Positions 26,598 to 36,591 of a DNA stretch of 64,000 nt are shown piece by piece. The notes below the pieces were generated by a model. The model saw only the letters and a program-made list of their open reading frames with translations, was not told the DNA's origin and did not search any database. A program made the position numbers and the translations under genes. How positions within the stretch are numbered: position 1 is the first letter of the stretch; every line of letters begins with the position of its first letter. The stretch is taken from NCBI GenBank assembly GCA_964539075.1, contig CAZIFU010000287.1, positions 15,134-79,133 of the forward strand, read 5' to 3'. Source of the stretch: an uncultured Verrucomicrobiota bacterium. Its GTDB lineage: Bacteria > Verrucomicrobiota > Verrucomicrobiia > Limisphaerales > CAZIFU01.

Positions 26598-29309
26598 TCA
26601 CTTGAACTTCTCAAGCTGCTTCATCGTCTCGTCGAGGCAGTATTTGATGTAGTAATCCGGTTTGTTCGGATCCTTTTCCTTGTCAAGCGCGCTGAGAGCG
26701 ACTTCGGCGGCCTTGCTCGTCTGGAAGAAGCTGCAGGCGCGGATGGCTTCGAGGCGGACGCGCGGATGCTCGTCGTTGGCCTGGACTTCCAGAAGCGCCA
26801 GCGGGTCTTTCACGCGGTCGCGCCAGTAGCAAAGGACATGCGTGGCGGCGGCGCGGGCGTGGTAGTCGGGAGAGCGGAGCAACTGCTTGAGCAACGATTC
26901 GTCCACCATGTTGTGCCACTGGTGTACCCAGAGCGCCTCCAGCAGGTGATGCGGGTAGTCCTTGTCCTTCTTGTCGAGTGACGCGGCCCATTTCTTTGTG
27001 GCAGCGATGACTTTCGCGCTGTCGTGCTTGCCGAGTTCAATCTTGGCGCGCGTGCGCAGGTCGTCTTCCGGTGTCTTGAGCGCATCGAGCAACGCTTCGA
27101 TGGGCTGGCCGTCAATTTTCACGGGCTTGAGCAGCGGGCGGCCTTCGTAGGTGATGCGGTAAATGCGGCCGTGGGTCTTGTCGCGGTTCGGGTCGCGGAT
27201 GTGGTGCTGCAAATGGCCGATGAGCGGCTTGGCCCAGTCGGCGAAATAAATGGAGCCGTCCGGCGCGACGGCGACGCAGGACGGGCGGAAGTTCGGGTCG
27301 TCGGATTTCACGAGGTCTTCGGGGAGCGTCTCACCCTGCAGGCCGGAGCCGTCCTCGGTGATCTTCACGCGCCAGATGCCCTGGAAGGTGATGACATTGC
27401 AGTTGAGGAAATTTCCCTGGAACTCCTCCGGGAAATGCCGGCTGGAGAGCATGCCGGTGCCGGCGCACGGGCGCGACGGGCGTTTCCAGAACTCCTGCAT
27501 CTTGTCGTGCTTCCTGGGGAAATCAATGTGGCCGCTGAAGGCGGGGCCGAAGTAGTTCGCGTTGCCGGTCGCGTCGGTGACGATGTCGCTGCCCCAATAG
27601 TCGAACACGCGGCCGTGGGGGTTGGCGAAGTTGTAGGCGACGTACCGCTCGAACTTGTGCGTGAGCGGTTCGTAGCGATAGACGCAGCCGTCAATGTTGC
27701 GCACCGGGCCGGCGGCGGTTTCAACCTGCGTGCGGTGGAAGACGCCGTCGCTCAGATAAATCGCCCCGCCGGGGTCGAGCACGATCGAGTTGGCGGTGTG
27801 GTGCGAGTCGGCGGAGTCCATGCCCATGAGCACGCGCTCCTTCCAGTCGGCCTTGCCATCGCCGTCCGTGTCGCGCACGAACCACAGGTTGGGCGCCTGC
27901 ATGAGGAGGACGCCGTCCTTGAAAAATTGAAAGCCGGTCGGGCAGTTCAGGTCGTCAATCCAGGTCGTGGCCTTGTCGGCTTTGCCGTCGCCGTTCCTGT
28001 CCTCGAAGATGAGGAGCTTGTCGCCCACCTTGCTGTCCGGCGTGCGCTCGGGGTAATTTGGCCACGCGGCGACCCACAGACGGCCCTTCGTGTCGAACGT
28101 CATTTGCACCGGGCTGGCGAGTGCGGGAAATTTTTCCTCGCTCGCGAACAGGGTGACCTTGCAGCCCTTCGGCACAGTCATGTGCTTGACGGCTTCTTCG
28201 CCGCCGAGATACGGGGAAATGTCCTTCTTGTTCGGCGGGACTTTCGTTACCGGGGGGAGGTTCGTGTCGGCCAGTTTGAGGTCGCCGCCTTTGGCCACGG
28301 CCCAGACGCGCAGGTCGCGGTTGGCGGTCTTCACGTCGCGCTGCGCCATTTCCTCCTGCATGACCTTGGAGTTGGTGATCATCGGCACGTCTTTCGGCGG
28401 GTTCTTCTTCGTCCCCTTGAAATCCACGCCTTCCCCGTAACTCATCTTGGAGCGGCCGCCATAGACGTTGTAGCCGTCCACGGTCCGGTAACGGGCGTGC
28501 CACTCGGCGTTCTTCGCGTTGATGGCGGCGCGGAGTTTCTCGAGGTTGCCGGACGGCGCCGTCTCGTTGAAGAGGGCGCGAAAAATTTCGTGCGCAAGCG
28601 CCTTGTCGCCGGCCTCGGTGAGATGGACGGTGTCGAAGGTGAGCGGTTGCCCCTTCTTCGACGCCTCCGCGTAAAGCTGCTGCGACAGGGGAATCAGGTC
28701 CACGAACGGCACGCCGTTGGCCTTGGCGACCTCGGCCATCGCGGCGGCGTACTTCTTCAGGTTGGCGTTGCTCGCCTCCGTGGACGGCAGATTCGGGTCG
28801 TTGATTTTCTCCGCGGCGATGGGCGAGAAGAGCACGAGGCGCGGCGCGCCCCTGCCGCTGAAATTTTTCGTCTTCGTCTCCTGGAGGAATGTATCGAGGT
28901 CCTTTTTGAACTTGGGCAGGCCCGCGTCGCCGGCGAACGACTCGTTGAAGCCGAAGAAGGCGAAGATGACATCAGCCTTGACCTTCGTGAGCCACTCGTC
29001 CGACGAGCCGAAGTTTTCCGAGCGATTGCGAAGGGCGACGTCTTCCTTGCGGGGCTTGTCGAGGAAACCGGCGACCTCGTCGCCGGGGAAGGCGAGGTTG
29101 CGGAAGACGAGGTCGTGCTTGGGGAAGCGCGCCACCGTGAGCGTCTCCAGCCAGCCGTGGTGCTGCATGCGGTCGGCGAGCGCGTTGCCGATGAGGGCGA
29201 CGTGGTCGCCGGGGTTGAGGGTCAGGCTGGCGGCGGACGCTGTCGTGGCAACCGCGGCGGCCAGCAGGAGGGCGGAAAGAAATCCACGCAAGGCTTTGCA
29301 AATGCTCAT
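26598..29309 (-). CDS. PVC-type membrane-bound dehydrogenase domain protein (SGNH + beta-propeller + HEAT)
   Basis: Signal peptide; ALIGNAL...FGFNES SGNH-like domain; LFASE...FDTKGRLWV, DTDGDGKAD, GRIYRI. Confidence 0.85.
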   Translation of the reverse strand: MSICKALRGFLSALLLAAAVATTASAASLTLNPGDHVALIGNALADRMQHHGWLETLTVARFPKHDLVFRNLAFPGDEVAGFLDKPRKEDVALRNRSENFGSSDEWLTKVKADVIFAFFGFNESFAGDAGLPKFKKDLDTFLQETKTKNFSGRGAPRLVLFSPIAAEKINDPNLPSTEASNANLKKYAAAMAEVAKANGVPFVDLIPLSQQLYAEASKKGQPLTFDTVHLTEAGDKALAHEIFRALFNETAPSGNLEKLRAAINAKNAEWHARYRTVDGYNVYGGRSKMSYGEGVDFKGTKKNPPKDVPMITNSKVMQEEMAQRDVKTANRDLRVWAVAKGGDLKLADTNLPPVTKVPPNKKDISPYLGGEEAVKHMTVPKGCKVTLFASEEKFPALASPVQMTFDTKGRLWVAAWPNYPERTPDSKVGDKLLIFEDRNGDGKADKATTWIDDLNCPTGFQFFKDGVLLMQAPNLWFVRDTDGDGKADWKERVLMGMDSADSHHTANSIVLDPGGAIYLSDGVFHRTQVETAAGPVRNIDGCVYRYEPLTHKFERYVAYNFANPHGRVFDYWGSDIVTDATGNANYFGPAFSGHIDFPRKHDKMQEFWKRPSRPCAGTGMLSSRHFPEEFQGNFLNCNVITFQGIWRVKITEDGSGLQGETLPEDLVKSDDPNFRPSCVAVAPDGSIYFADWAKPLIGHLQHHIRDPNRDKTHGRIYRITYEGRPLLKPVKIDGQPIEALLDALKTPEDDLRTRAKIELGKHDSAKVIAATKKWAASLDKKDKDYPHHLLEALWVHQWHNMVDESLLKQLLRSPDYHARAAATHVLCYWRDRVKDPLALLEVQANDEHPRVRLEAIRACSFFQTSKAAEVALSALDKEKDPNKPDYYIKYCLDETMKQLEKFK

Positions 29310-29450
29310 AATTTTTCGGGCTTTCCAGTGAACGCGATATCCGACGCAGAAAGCGCGGGATAATTCATCGGAAGCCGGCGGGATTCAAGCCGCAATTTGC
29401 GCCTCCCGGTTCACGGGCGCCTCTTGCGGGCGTGTTGCCCCGGCCTGATT

Positions 29451-29531
29451 TCGGAGGGATGAGCTACGCGAGTCCCGAACCTGTGTCGGTTGTCCGGGAT
29501 AATTCGAGGGACTCGCCTGGCTCGTCCCGCC
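29451..29531. repeat. GGAGGGACGAGCT-family hairpin
   Basis: Arms gagctacgcgagtccc / gggactcgcctggctc; family also at 47130-47208 and 50035-50101. Confidence 0.7.
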
Positions 29532-29570
29532 GGGCAAGCCTTGGGGCAGGCGGCCGCTGTAAAAAATCAC

Positions 29571-29617
29571 TTGCTTTTCATAACTTTATTCTGTAATTTC
29601 TGTCATGACAGAAATTA
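29571..29617 (+). promoter_or_regulatory. Promoter plus 24-bp palindromic operator centred on the start codon
   Basis: TTGCTT-17 nt-TAATTT, ATG 5 nt downstream; perfect palindrome TAATTTCTGTCATGACAGAAATTA at 29594-29617. Confidence 0.7.
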
Positions 29618-30159
29618 AAGAAATTATGTCCAAGCTCAGTCCAATCCAGCAGAAGTTCATCCTCCACTGGGGCGAGATGGGGACGCGCTGGGGCATCAAC
29701 CGCACCGTGGCGCAAATCCACGCGCTGCTTTTCATGTCGCCCAGGCCACTCAACGCCGACGACCTGGTCGAGACCCTCGGTGTGGCCCGCTCGAACGTCA
29801 GCACCAGTCTCAAGGAGTTGCAGGGGTGGGGGATTGTGAAGCTTGTCCACGTGATGGGCGACCAGCGCGACCATTTTGAGAGCATGAAGAATGTGTGGGA
29901 GATGTTCCGCGTCGTGCTCGACGAGCGGAAGAAGCGCGAGATTGATCCCACCATGCGGATGCTTCACGAGTGCATCGTCGAAGCCGAGAAGGACAAGACG
30001 ACCGACGAGTACACCGGGCAACAGCTCCGCGAGCTGCACGATTTCTTTGCGACGACGACCGTGTGGTATGTGCAGATTCGCAAGTGGCCGACCGCCGCGA
30101 TGGTCAAGTTCATGAAGCTCGGCGACAGAGTCCTGAAAGTCCTCGGCCTCGGTGGTTGA
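29605..30159 (+). CDS. GbsR/MarR-family transcriptional regulator
   Basis: FILHWGEMGTRWGINRTVAQIHALL, SNVSTSLKELQGWG, RKKREIDP. Confidence 0.92.
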   Translation: MTEIKEIMSKLSPIQQKFILHWGEMGTRWGINRTVAQIHALLFMSPRPLNADDLVETLGVARSNVSTSLKELQGWGIVKLVHVMGDQRDHFESMKNVWEMFRVVLDERKKREIDPTMRMLHECIVEAEKDKTTDEYTGQQLRELHDFFATTTVWYVQIRKWPTAAMVKFMKLGDRVLKVLGLGG

Positions 30160-30520
30160 AATGTTTGTGAATGTTGAACGCACATCCAACGCTCTGCGCG
30201 GTGAAGTGCTTTACGATGCCGACTGCGCCATCTGCTCGCGCGGCACGACAGGCCGGGACAGTTTCTTTGAACGACGAGGCTTCCACTGGCTTCCGCTCCA
30301 AGAGCCCGACGCAGCCACGCGCCTCGGCGTGAGTGATGTGGAATTACGCGCGGAGATGAAACTGCGCCTTGCAGATGGTCGCGTGATCGGCGGCGTGGAG
30401 GCGTGGGCGGTTTTGTTCCGCTTGGTCTGGTGGTTGTGGCCGGTCGGAGTCTTGATCGGGCTGCCGGGTAGCGTTCACGATGCACGGGATGGGTCTGCGG
30501 TGATTCGGGCAGAACACCTT
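30152..30520 (+). pseudogene. DCC1/DUF393 thiol-disulfide oxidoreductase, 3' end degraded
   Basis: LYDADCAIC, PLQ, GGVEAW, WWLWP; similarity lost after LPG and the ORF runs into the convergent gene. Confidence 0.55.
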
Positions 30521-30549
30521 GATAAACCGGACGGTCGTTGTGACGCCCT

Positions 30550-32016
30550 TTATTTCAACTGTTGCAGCAGGTCCAGCAGCGTGGCGGTGATTTTCACCGA
30601 GGCATCCACGGCAAGATAGCTCGACTTGGCGCGCCAGGTTTCGTAACCGCCCAGCTGATGGTGTTCGGGCGTGGGCAGGTAGCCGTTGTAACCGTTGGCC
30701 AACTCGATGGTGAAGGTCGGCTGGAACGGACTTTTCTCTTTCAGCTCCAGCCCCGTTTCGACAAACGTCTCGCACGGGACCGCCGTGATCGCCAGTTCCC
30801 CCAGGCGCAAGGCCTGCAAGATCAGCGTCACTTGCGCCGGATATTCCGCCAGTTGCACGGTTTCGCGGGCGTAAATCTCTGCCTCCGTCTCCAGGCGCGG
30901 CAATTTTTTCGCGCGTGACAGGATCTCCCTGGCCCGCGCGACATCCTCTGCCGTCGGCCGGCGCACGCCGAGCGTGATTTCCTTTTGCACCACGCTCAAC
31001 GGGACCCAGTTTTGATACGAGAGGCCTTGATAAACCCGGAGCGCTTCCGCCGCGACCTTGTTGGCGACGAACCGGATCTGGCCGTATGGTCCAGCCACTT
31101 TCTCCTGTCGGCCGGTGAAATCAATGTTGTTGATGTTGCCGCTGGTGCCGTTGGACATCATGGCCACGAACGGCGGATCCTGCCGGTCGGCCTTCAACAA
31201 TTCCGTCATGCGGTCGCAAAAGGCGCCGTAGTAATCCGCCGAGATGTGGCCCGCGCCGACGCCGCCGACGTAGTGCAACGAGTAGTTGGCCAGCAGCGCG
31301 ATCGGCCGGCCGTCGGGCGATTGGACGGCGATGACCGGCAGTTCGGGGTCCGTCGGCCCGGCCGGCTCCAGAAGGTTCGGGTTCTTGACGCCGGGATTCA
31401 TTTTCACCTGGTCGAAGCCGCCGAACGGATCGGGCAGCGGCGTGCCCGGTTTCATCTTCCAGCGGCGGTTGAAGACCTGGCCCGGTTCGCGGCCAACGCC
31501 CCAGCCGATGCGCGCCGGCGCCAGGTTGTTGATCGCGCGCCGCACGCCATCGGCGATGCGCAGGGCCAGGAACTTCCGGTATTCCGGGTCCGGCTCGCTC
31601 TGAAACACGGCCGCGGCGGTCCCGCAGGAGTGCGAGTGCGTGGCGGACATCAGCATGTTCTGCACCGCCAACCCGGTGGCCTCGTGCACCAGGCGTTTGG
31701 CCTCGTCGAGAATCTCGCGCGGGATCATGCAACTGTCGCTCACGACGATCGCCAGCCGCGTCTGGCCGTCGTCGAGCACCAGGCAACGTGCGTGGAGTTC
31801 GTCGTGGATGTGCGTGGCCGGGTGGTCCTGCATGCCGCCGTTGATCGAGCTGCCGAGCCGGGGCGTGATGGTGCTCGTCGCCGCGCCGGCGCGGAACTGC
31901 TTTCCGGCTTCGGCGGCGCCGGCGCGCGTGAGGTTCACCGCCACCGCAGCCGCCGCGAGCAGGGTGATGATTCTGCCGGCGCAGCTGCCGGGGGTCGTTT
32001 TGCGTTGGCCAAACAT
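30550..32016 (-). CDS. Neutral/alkaline ceramidase-like family protein
   Basis: HDELHAR, SATHSHS, NYSLHY, NGTSGN, ELANGYNGYLPT, GGYE. Confidence 0.8.
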   Translation of the reverse strand: MFGQRKTTPGSCAGRIITLLAAAAVAVNLTRAGAAEAGKQFRAGAATSTITPRLGSSINGGMQDHPATHIHDELHARCLVLDDGQTRLAIVVSDSCMIPREILDEAKRLVHEATGLAVQNMLMSATHSHSCGTAAAVFQSEPDPEYRKFLALRIADGVRRAINNLAPARIGWGVGREPGQVFNRRWKMKPGTPLPDPFGGFDQVKMNPGVKNPNLLEPAGPTDPELPVIAVQSPDGRPIALLANYSLHYVGGVGAGHISADYYGAFCDRMTELLKADRQDPPFVAMMSNGTSGNINNIDFTGRQEKVAGPYGQIRFVANKVAAEALRVYQGLSYQNWVPLSVVQKEITLGVRRPTAEDVARAREILSRAKKLPRLETEAEIYARETVQLAEYPAQVTLILQALRLGELAITAVPCETFVETGLELKEKSPFQPTFTIELANGYNGYLPTPEHHQLGGYETWRAKSSYLAVDASVKITATLLDLLQQLK

Positions 32017-32030
32017 GATTGTGCTCCTGT

Positions 32031-33095
32031 TCAAGGACTGTTGTTGGCGGGCCTTTCTTTGTCCACGCCCGGTGCGGCCAGGAAATCCACCTTCGCGCTC
32101 AACTCCGGGGTGAGAAACTTGTCCGGGTTTTTGATCTGCACCTTGATTTGCAGCGTGCCCTTTTGCCGGTTGGCTTCGGGAGCGATCTCGGCCACGTAAC
32201 CCTCGTAGGCCCGGTCGAGATACGCCTCCGGGGCGATCCGGCACTTCTGGTTGAGCGAAACTTTCGAGAGGTCCGCCTCGTTCAATTCAATCTCCACCTG
32301 CAGGTCCTTCGGGTCCGCCACCGAGATCAACGCGGTGCTCGGCCCGCGCGTGCCGCCGAAACTTTGCGGCACCACCAGCTCGTTCGGGTCCACCAGTTTC
32401 TCCAACACCACGCCGTCGATCGGCGAGCGGATGATGCACCAGTCGAGATACGTCTTGATCAACTGGATCGCGCCCTCGCCCTCCTGGACCTGCGCCTTTG
32501 CCGCCTCGAGCTGCAGGCGGGCGTCGTCCTCGGTCTTCTGCATCTCGACCTTCGTCGCGACGAGCTGTTCCGCGCGATGCAAATCCAACTCCGCCTTGGC
32601 CACGCCGACTTTCGCCGCGGCGAGCCGTCCTTCGGTTTCCGCCAGCCGCGCGCGATATTCGGCGTCGTCGAGCCGCACGACCACCTGGCCATTGGTCACC
32701 ACGTCACCCTTTTTCACACCGATCCATTTCACCACGCCGAGGAAGCGTGTGCTGAGTTCGATCCGCTCGCGGTTGATGATGTAGCCAGAGACCGTGAGCA
32801 CCGCGCCTTCGAGGCGGCCCGAGGCGGTGGCCGCTGGGTTCACGGAAGTCGCCGCCTGGGATTTCCCGGTGGCGGACGCGGTGGATTTCGGTTTAGGCGC
32901 AGCGTCCTCGGTCGTCTTGCGGCGCTCACCGCCGCCGGCGAAGACGCGGACCTTGTCCGAGGCGCGCGGCCACATGAAGAACACGGCCACGCCGGCGAGG
33001 GCGATCACGCCGATGAAAATCGCCCAGAGCGGTGTGTGCGAACGCTGCCTGGCTCCCGATTCGATGTGGAGTTGTTGGAGCTTGTCCTGGTTCAT
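32031..33095 (-). CDS. Efflux periplasmic adaptor (HlyD/MFP family)
   Basis: TM anchor, lipoyl-like VKKGDVV, coiled coil, IRSPIDG, LTPELSAKV. Confidence 0.9.
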   Translation of the reverse strand: MNQDKLQQLHIESGARQRSHTPLWAIFIGVIALAGVAVFFMWPRASDKVRVFAGGGERRKTTEDAAPKPKSTASATGKSQAATSVNPAATASGRLEGAVLTVSGYIINRERIELSTRFLGVVKWIGVKKGDVVTNGQVVVRLDDAEYRARLAETEGRLAAAKVGVAKAELDLHRAEQLVATKVEMQKTEDDARLQLEAAKAQVQEGEGAIQLIKTYLDWCIIRSPIDGVVLEKLVDPNELVVPQSFGGTRGPSTALISVADPKDLQVEIELNEADLSKVSLNQKCRIAPEAYLDRAYEGYVAEIAPEANRQKGTLQIKVQIKNPDKFLTPELSAKVDFLAAPGVDKERPANNSP

Positions 33096-34345
33096 ACGGA
33101 TTTGAGCGCGGCAATCACGGGCAGGCGCGCGGCGCGCAGGGCCGGAAGAAACGTTCCCGCCAGACCGACCGCGATGGCGAACTGGATCCCCTTGAGCATC
33201 AACTTTGGCGTGATGGCGAACTCGAAGATCAATTCGCTGAACGTCTCGAAGCCGAACCAGCTCACCGTGGTGCCGTTGAGGAGGAACGACACGCCGATGC
33301 CCAGCACGCCGCCGATCAACGCCAGCAGCACCCCTTCGATCAGAAAACTCAACACCACCGTGCGCCGCCGGAATCCCAGCACGCGCAGCGTCCCCACCTC
33401 GCGCGTGCGCGCGCCCACCGCGGCATACATCGTGTTCATCGCGGCGAAGACTGCACCGATGGACATGAAGCGCGCGAGGAAATTGCCCATCCAGCGGATC
33501 GGCACCGCGGTCTTGGTCTGCGCCTTGTAGTAGTCCAACTCGGACAGTGTGCGGAGCTGGAGGCGTTTGTCGCCCTCGATGCGCTTGACCAGGTTCGTGC
33601 GCGCCTGCGGATCGTCCGCCGGCCGGACCAACAAGCTCGAATACATGTCGCGGTCGAAGAGCCGGCGGCATTCCTCGACATCCATCCACGATTCGGAATC
33701 GAACGCGCTGTTCTGGCCGTCGAGCCAGCCGACCACCGTGAGCACAGCCGGGCCGGTCTTGAACGATTCGCCGATGTCGAAGTTCGCGAACCGGTCGGCC
33801 AGGCGGCGGCTGACGACGACCTCGCGTTTGCCCGGCTCGAACCAGCGGCCGGCCACGAGCGTCACCTGTGGGCGCAACTCCGGCCCGCGCGGCGAAATGC
33901 CGCGGAGCAGCACATTGGCCTCGCCGACATTGGTGCCCTTGCGCGGGAGGTTCATGATCACCAGCACGTCGGCGGAATAAAGCGGCTGGCCGCGCTCGTT
34001 GCGCGCGACCTCGGGGGCGTATTCGAGCGTCTTGACCTGCTCGCGCGAGATGAGGCTGCTCGACTCGGCGGTGGAGCCTTTGCGCACGGCGATGAGGTTG
34101 CGCGGGTCGCCGGTGTTGGCGCCGCTCTTCTCGATGCCCGCCGCCAGCGCCTGCACGAGCACGAACACCGCAACGACCAGCGCGATGCCGAGCACGGCGG
34201 CGAGCGTCGCGCGCCAGCGGACAATGACATTGCGGAGGTTGTAGCCGAGCTTCAACGGCCCGGTCGCCGCGGCGTAGATCATGAACACCACCAACCCCGC
34301 GTAGAACGCTACCACGAGCCAAATGATGATTGTGAAGGGATTCAT
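33092..34345 (-). CDS. ABC transporter permease (MacB/FtsX-like)
   Basis: MNTMYAAVGARTREVGTLRVLGF, PALRAARL. Confidence 0.9.
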   Translation of the reverse strand: MNPFTIIIWLVVAFYAGLVVFMIYAAATGPLKLGYNLRNVIVRWRATLAAVLGIALVVAVFVLVQALAAGIEKSGANTGDPRNLIAVRKGSTAESSSLISREQVKTLEYAPEVARNERGQPLYSADVLVIMNLPRKGTNVGEANVLLRGISPRGPELRPQVTLVAGRWFEPGKREVVVSRRLADRFANFDIGESFKTGPAVLTVVGWLDGQNSAFDSESWMDVEECRRLFDRDMYSSLLVRPADDPQARTNLVKRIEGDKRLQLRTLSELDYYKAQTKTAVPIRWMGNFLARFMSIGAVFAAMNTMYAAVGARTREVGTLRVLGFRRRTVVLSFLIEGVLLALIGGVLGIGVSFLLNGTTVSWFGFETFSELIFEFAITPKLMLKGIQFAIAVGLAGTFLPALRAARLPVIAALKSV

Positions 34346-34380
34346 GGCCAGACTTCAACCGCGGCGCTCGATGGCAGAAA

Positions 34381-34513
34381 GCCCTCACCCCGGCCCTCTC
34401 CCGGCGGGAGAGGGGGAACCGCATCCAGTCGTTCGCAAAACCGTCGCCCCCATACCGCCATCACGCTGGCCATGATTCTCCCTGTCCCTCCGGGAGAGGG
34501 CCGGGGTGAGGGG
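34381..34513. repeat. Inverted pair of CCCTCACCCC-family repeats
   Basis: gccctcaccccggccctctcccggcgggagaggggg and ccctccgggagagggccggggtgaggg. Confidence 0.8.
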
Positions 34514-34546
34514 TTTTGTTTCGCGCGTGTCTGCATGGTCACGGCC

Positions 34547-35692
34547 TCAGTCGAGAGTTCGCAATCCGTCCACGACCGTCGCGCGCGCCACCGCCAGCGA
34601 CGGCGGGAGCGCGGCAACGATTCCCAAACCGGCCGCGACGGTGAACGCCATTCCCAAAATGCGCGGCGTCACCTCGAAGCAGACAAAGATGCCGTTGGTG
34701 AGTTTCTGGATGTCAATCGTGCCAAAGAACAGCCACGCGCCGCCCGCGCCGAGCACCGCGCCGAGCATCGCCAGGCCAAAACTCTCGGCGAGGATGAACG
34801 CGAAAAGTTCGCGCCGGCGGTAGCCCAGCGCCTTGAGCACGGCCAGTTCGCGGAAGCGTTCGCGGATGGCCATGCTCATCGTGCTGACCGTGACGAGCAG
34901 CAGGGTGAAGACGACCACGGTGCAGATCGAGCCGATGAGGATTTTGATGTTGCCCCACATCGAGACGAAGCCCATCTGGAACGCCCGCTCGGTCTCGGCG
35001 CGTACTTCGGCGGAGGTGTTGGCGAAGGCTTTGTTGATCGCGTCGATCACCGCCGGCGCGACCCCGGCGGACCCGGCGCGCAGCCACCAGGTGCCCACGA
35101 TGCCGCTGTTGTTGAGCGATTCGTCGAGCAGTTTGTGGTGGAGGAAGACGTTGCGGTCGTCGAGCGTGCCGGCATAAACCGCCGCGATCTCGAGGTCCAC
35201 GTCCATCGGATAGATCGTGCTGGAGAGTTTCATCTTGTCGCCGATCTTGAGTTTGTATTTCGCCATCGTGTCCTTGCCCACGAGGCACGAGAGCCGGTTT
35301 TTCTTCCACGCCTCGATCTGCTCCGGATCGGTGTGCGCCTCGACGAACACGTTGGTGAACCGCACCGGGTCCACGGCGAACTGCGCGAAGGTGGTGAACT
35401 CCTCGTCCTTGTATTTGCCGCCGAACCAGGTGAAGGGCGTCACCGCGGCGATGCCCGGAATCCGGTCGAGCGTGGCCAACTGCCGCGCCGGCAGCACGGC
35501 GGCGAGCGACACCTTGTTGCGCACCACGATCCGCAGCGACGAGCCGATGTCCTCGGGCGGCACCGTGAATTCGTGCAGCGTGACCAGCAACATCACGAAC
35601 AGGAACAGGCTGACGGCCACGCTCAGGACCGTGAGCGCGGCGCGGCGCTTGTTGCGCAACGCGTTCCTGGCGATGAAGCCGGCGAGGGTCAT
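34547..35692 (-). CDS. ABC transporter permease (MacB/FtsX-like)
   Basis: [28 protein letters not shown]. Confidence 0.9.
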   Translation of the reverse strand: MTLAGFIARNALRNKRRAALTVLSVAVSLFLFVMLLVTLHEFTVPPEDIGSSLRIVVRNKVSLAAVLPARQLATLDRIPGIAAVTPFTWFGGKYKDEEFTTFAQFAVDPVRFTNVFVEAHTDPEQIEAWKKNRLSCLVGKDTMAKYKLKIGDKMKLSSTIYPMDVDLEIAAVYAGTLDDRNVFLHHKLLDESLNNSGIVGTWWLRAGSAGVAPAVIDAINKAFANTSAEVRAETERAFQMGFVSMWGNIKILIGSICTVVVFTLLLVTVSTMSMAIRERFRELAVLKALGYRRRELFAFILAESFGLAMLGAVLGAGGAWLFFGTIDIQKLTNGIFVCFEVTPRILGMAFTVAAGLGIVAALPPSLAVARATVVDGLRTLD

Positions 35693-36414
35693 GGAAGTGC
35701 GGAGTGAGGAGTGCGGAGTGCGGAGTGAAGCGGCTCATCGGTCAGCTCGCCCTTTTCCAGATGAACGCTGCGCGAACCGTACGCGGCGGCCTTGGGATCG
35801 TGCGTGACCATGATGACGGTCTTGCCGGCCTGGCGACTCAAGGATTGCAGAATCGTGAGCACCTCCTGCGCGGAGGCGGAGTCGAGATTGCCCGTCGGTT
35901 CGTCAGCGACGACGAGGCTCGGGTCGGTCACCAGTGCGCGGGCGATGGCGGCGCGCTGTTCCTGGCCGCCGGACAATTGGCGCGGCAAATGGCGCGCGCG
36001 ATCGGCAAGGCCGACGAGTTCGAGCGCGGTGTTTACCAGCTTGCGGCGTGCACGCCCGCCCAGCCTGGTGAGCAACAGCGGCAGTTCGACATTTTCGTAG
36101 GCCGTCAACACGGGGATCAAATTGAAGGTCTGGAAAACGAAGCCCACGTTCTGGTTGCGCCAGTCCGCCAGATGGGATTCGTTGAGCGTGGTCAGGTCGA
36201 TGCCTTGCACGCGACACTCGCCGCGGGTGGGCCGGTCAATGCCCGCGATGATGTGGAGCAGCGTGGACTTGCCGGAGCCGGACGGCCCCATGAGCACGAG
36301 GAACTCTCCGGTTTGAATCTCCAGGGAAACGTCCTTGAGCGCGGTGACGTTGATTTCCCCTTGCAGGAAAATCTTCGTGAGCTGGCGCGTGACGACAACG
36401 GGAGTGGCGGCCAT
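35689..36414 (-). CDS. ABC transporter ATP-binding protein (LolD/MacB-like)
   Basis: [28 protein letters not shown]; C-terminal tail encoded by a heptamer repeat. Confidence 0.92.
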   Translation of the reverse strand: MAATPVVVTRQLTKIFLQGEINVTALKDVSLEIQTGEFLVLMGPSGSGKSTLLHIIAGIDRPTRGECRVQGIDLTTLNESHLADWRNQNVGFVFQTFNLIPVLTAYENVELPLLLTRLGGRARRKLVNTALELVGLADRARHLPRQLSGGQEQRAAIARALVTDPSLVVADEPTGNLDSASAQEVLTILQSLSRQAGKTVIMVTHDPKAAAYGSRSVHLEKGELTDEPLHSALRTPHSALP

Positions 36415-36591
36415 AAATGTCCCGTCACTCATACGGCAACGGCGCGCCCATTGCAACCCGTGGGGCACGCGGCCGCCTCGTCCGCGGGCTGTCCGAGGCG
36501 TTGGATTTTGTCCCCGCTTCGCCAGAAGAACCGAGCCTCGGGACCGCGGCGGCAAAAAAACACTCGCGGGCGAGGCCGCCCGCGCTCCTCG

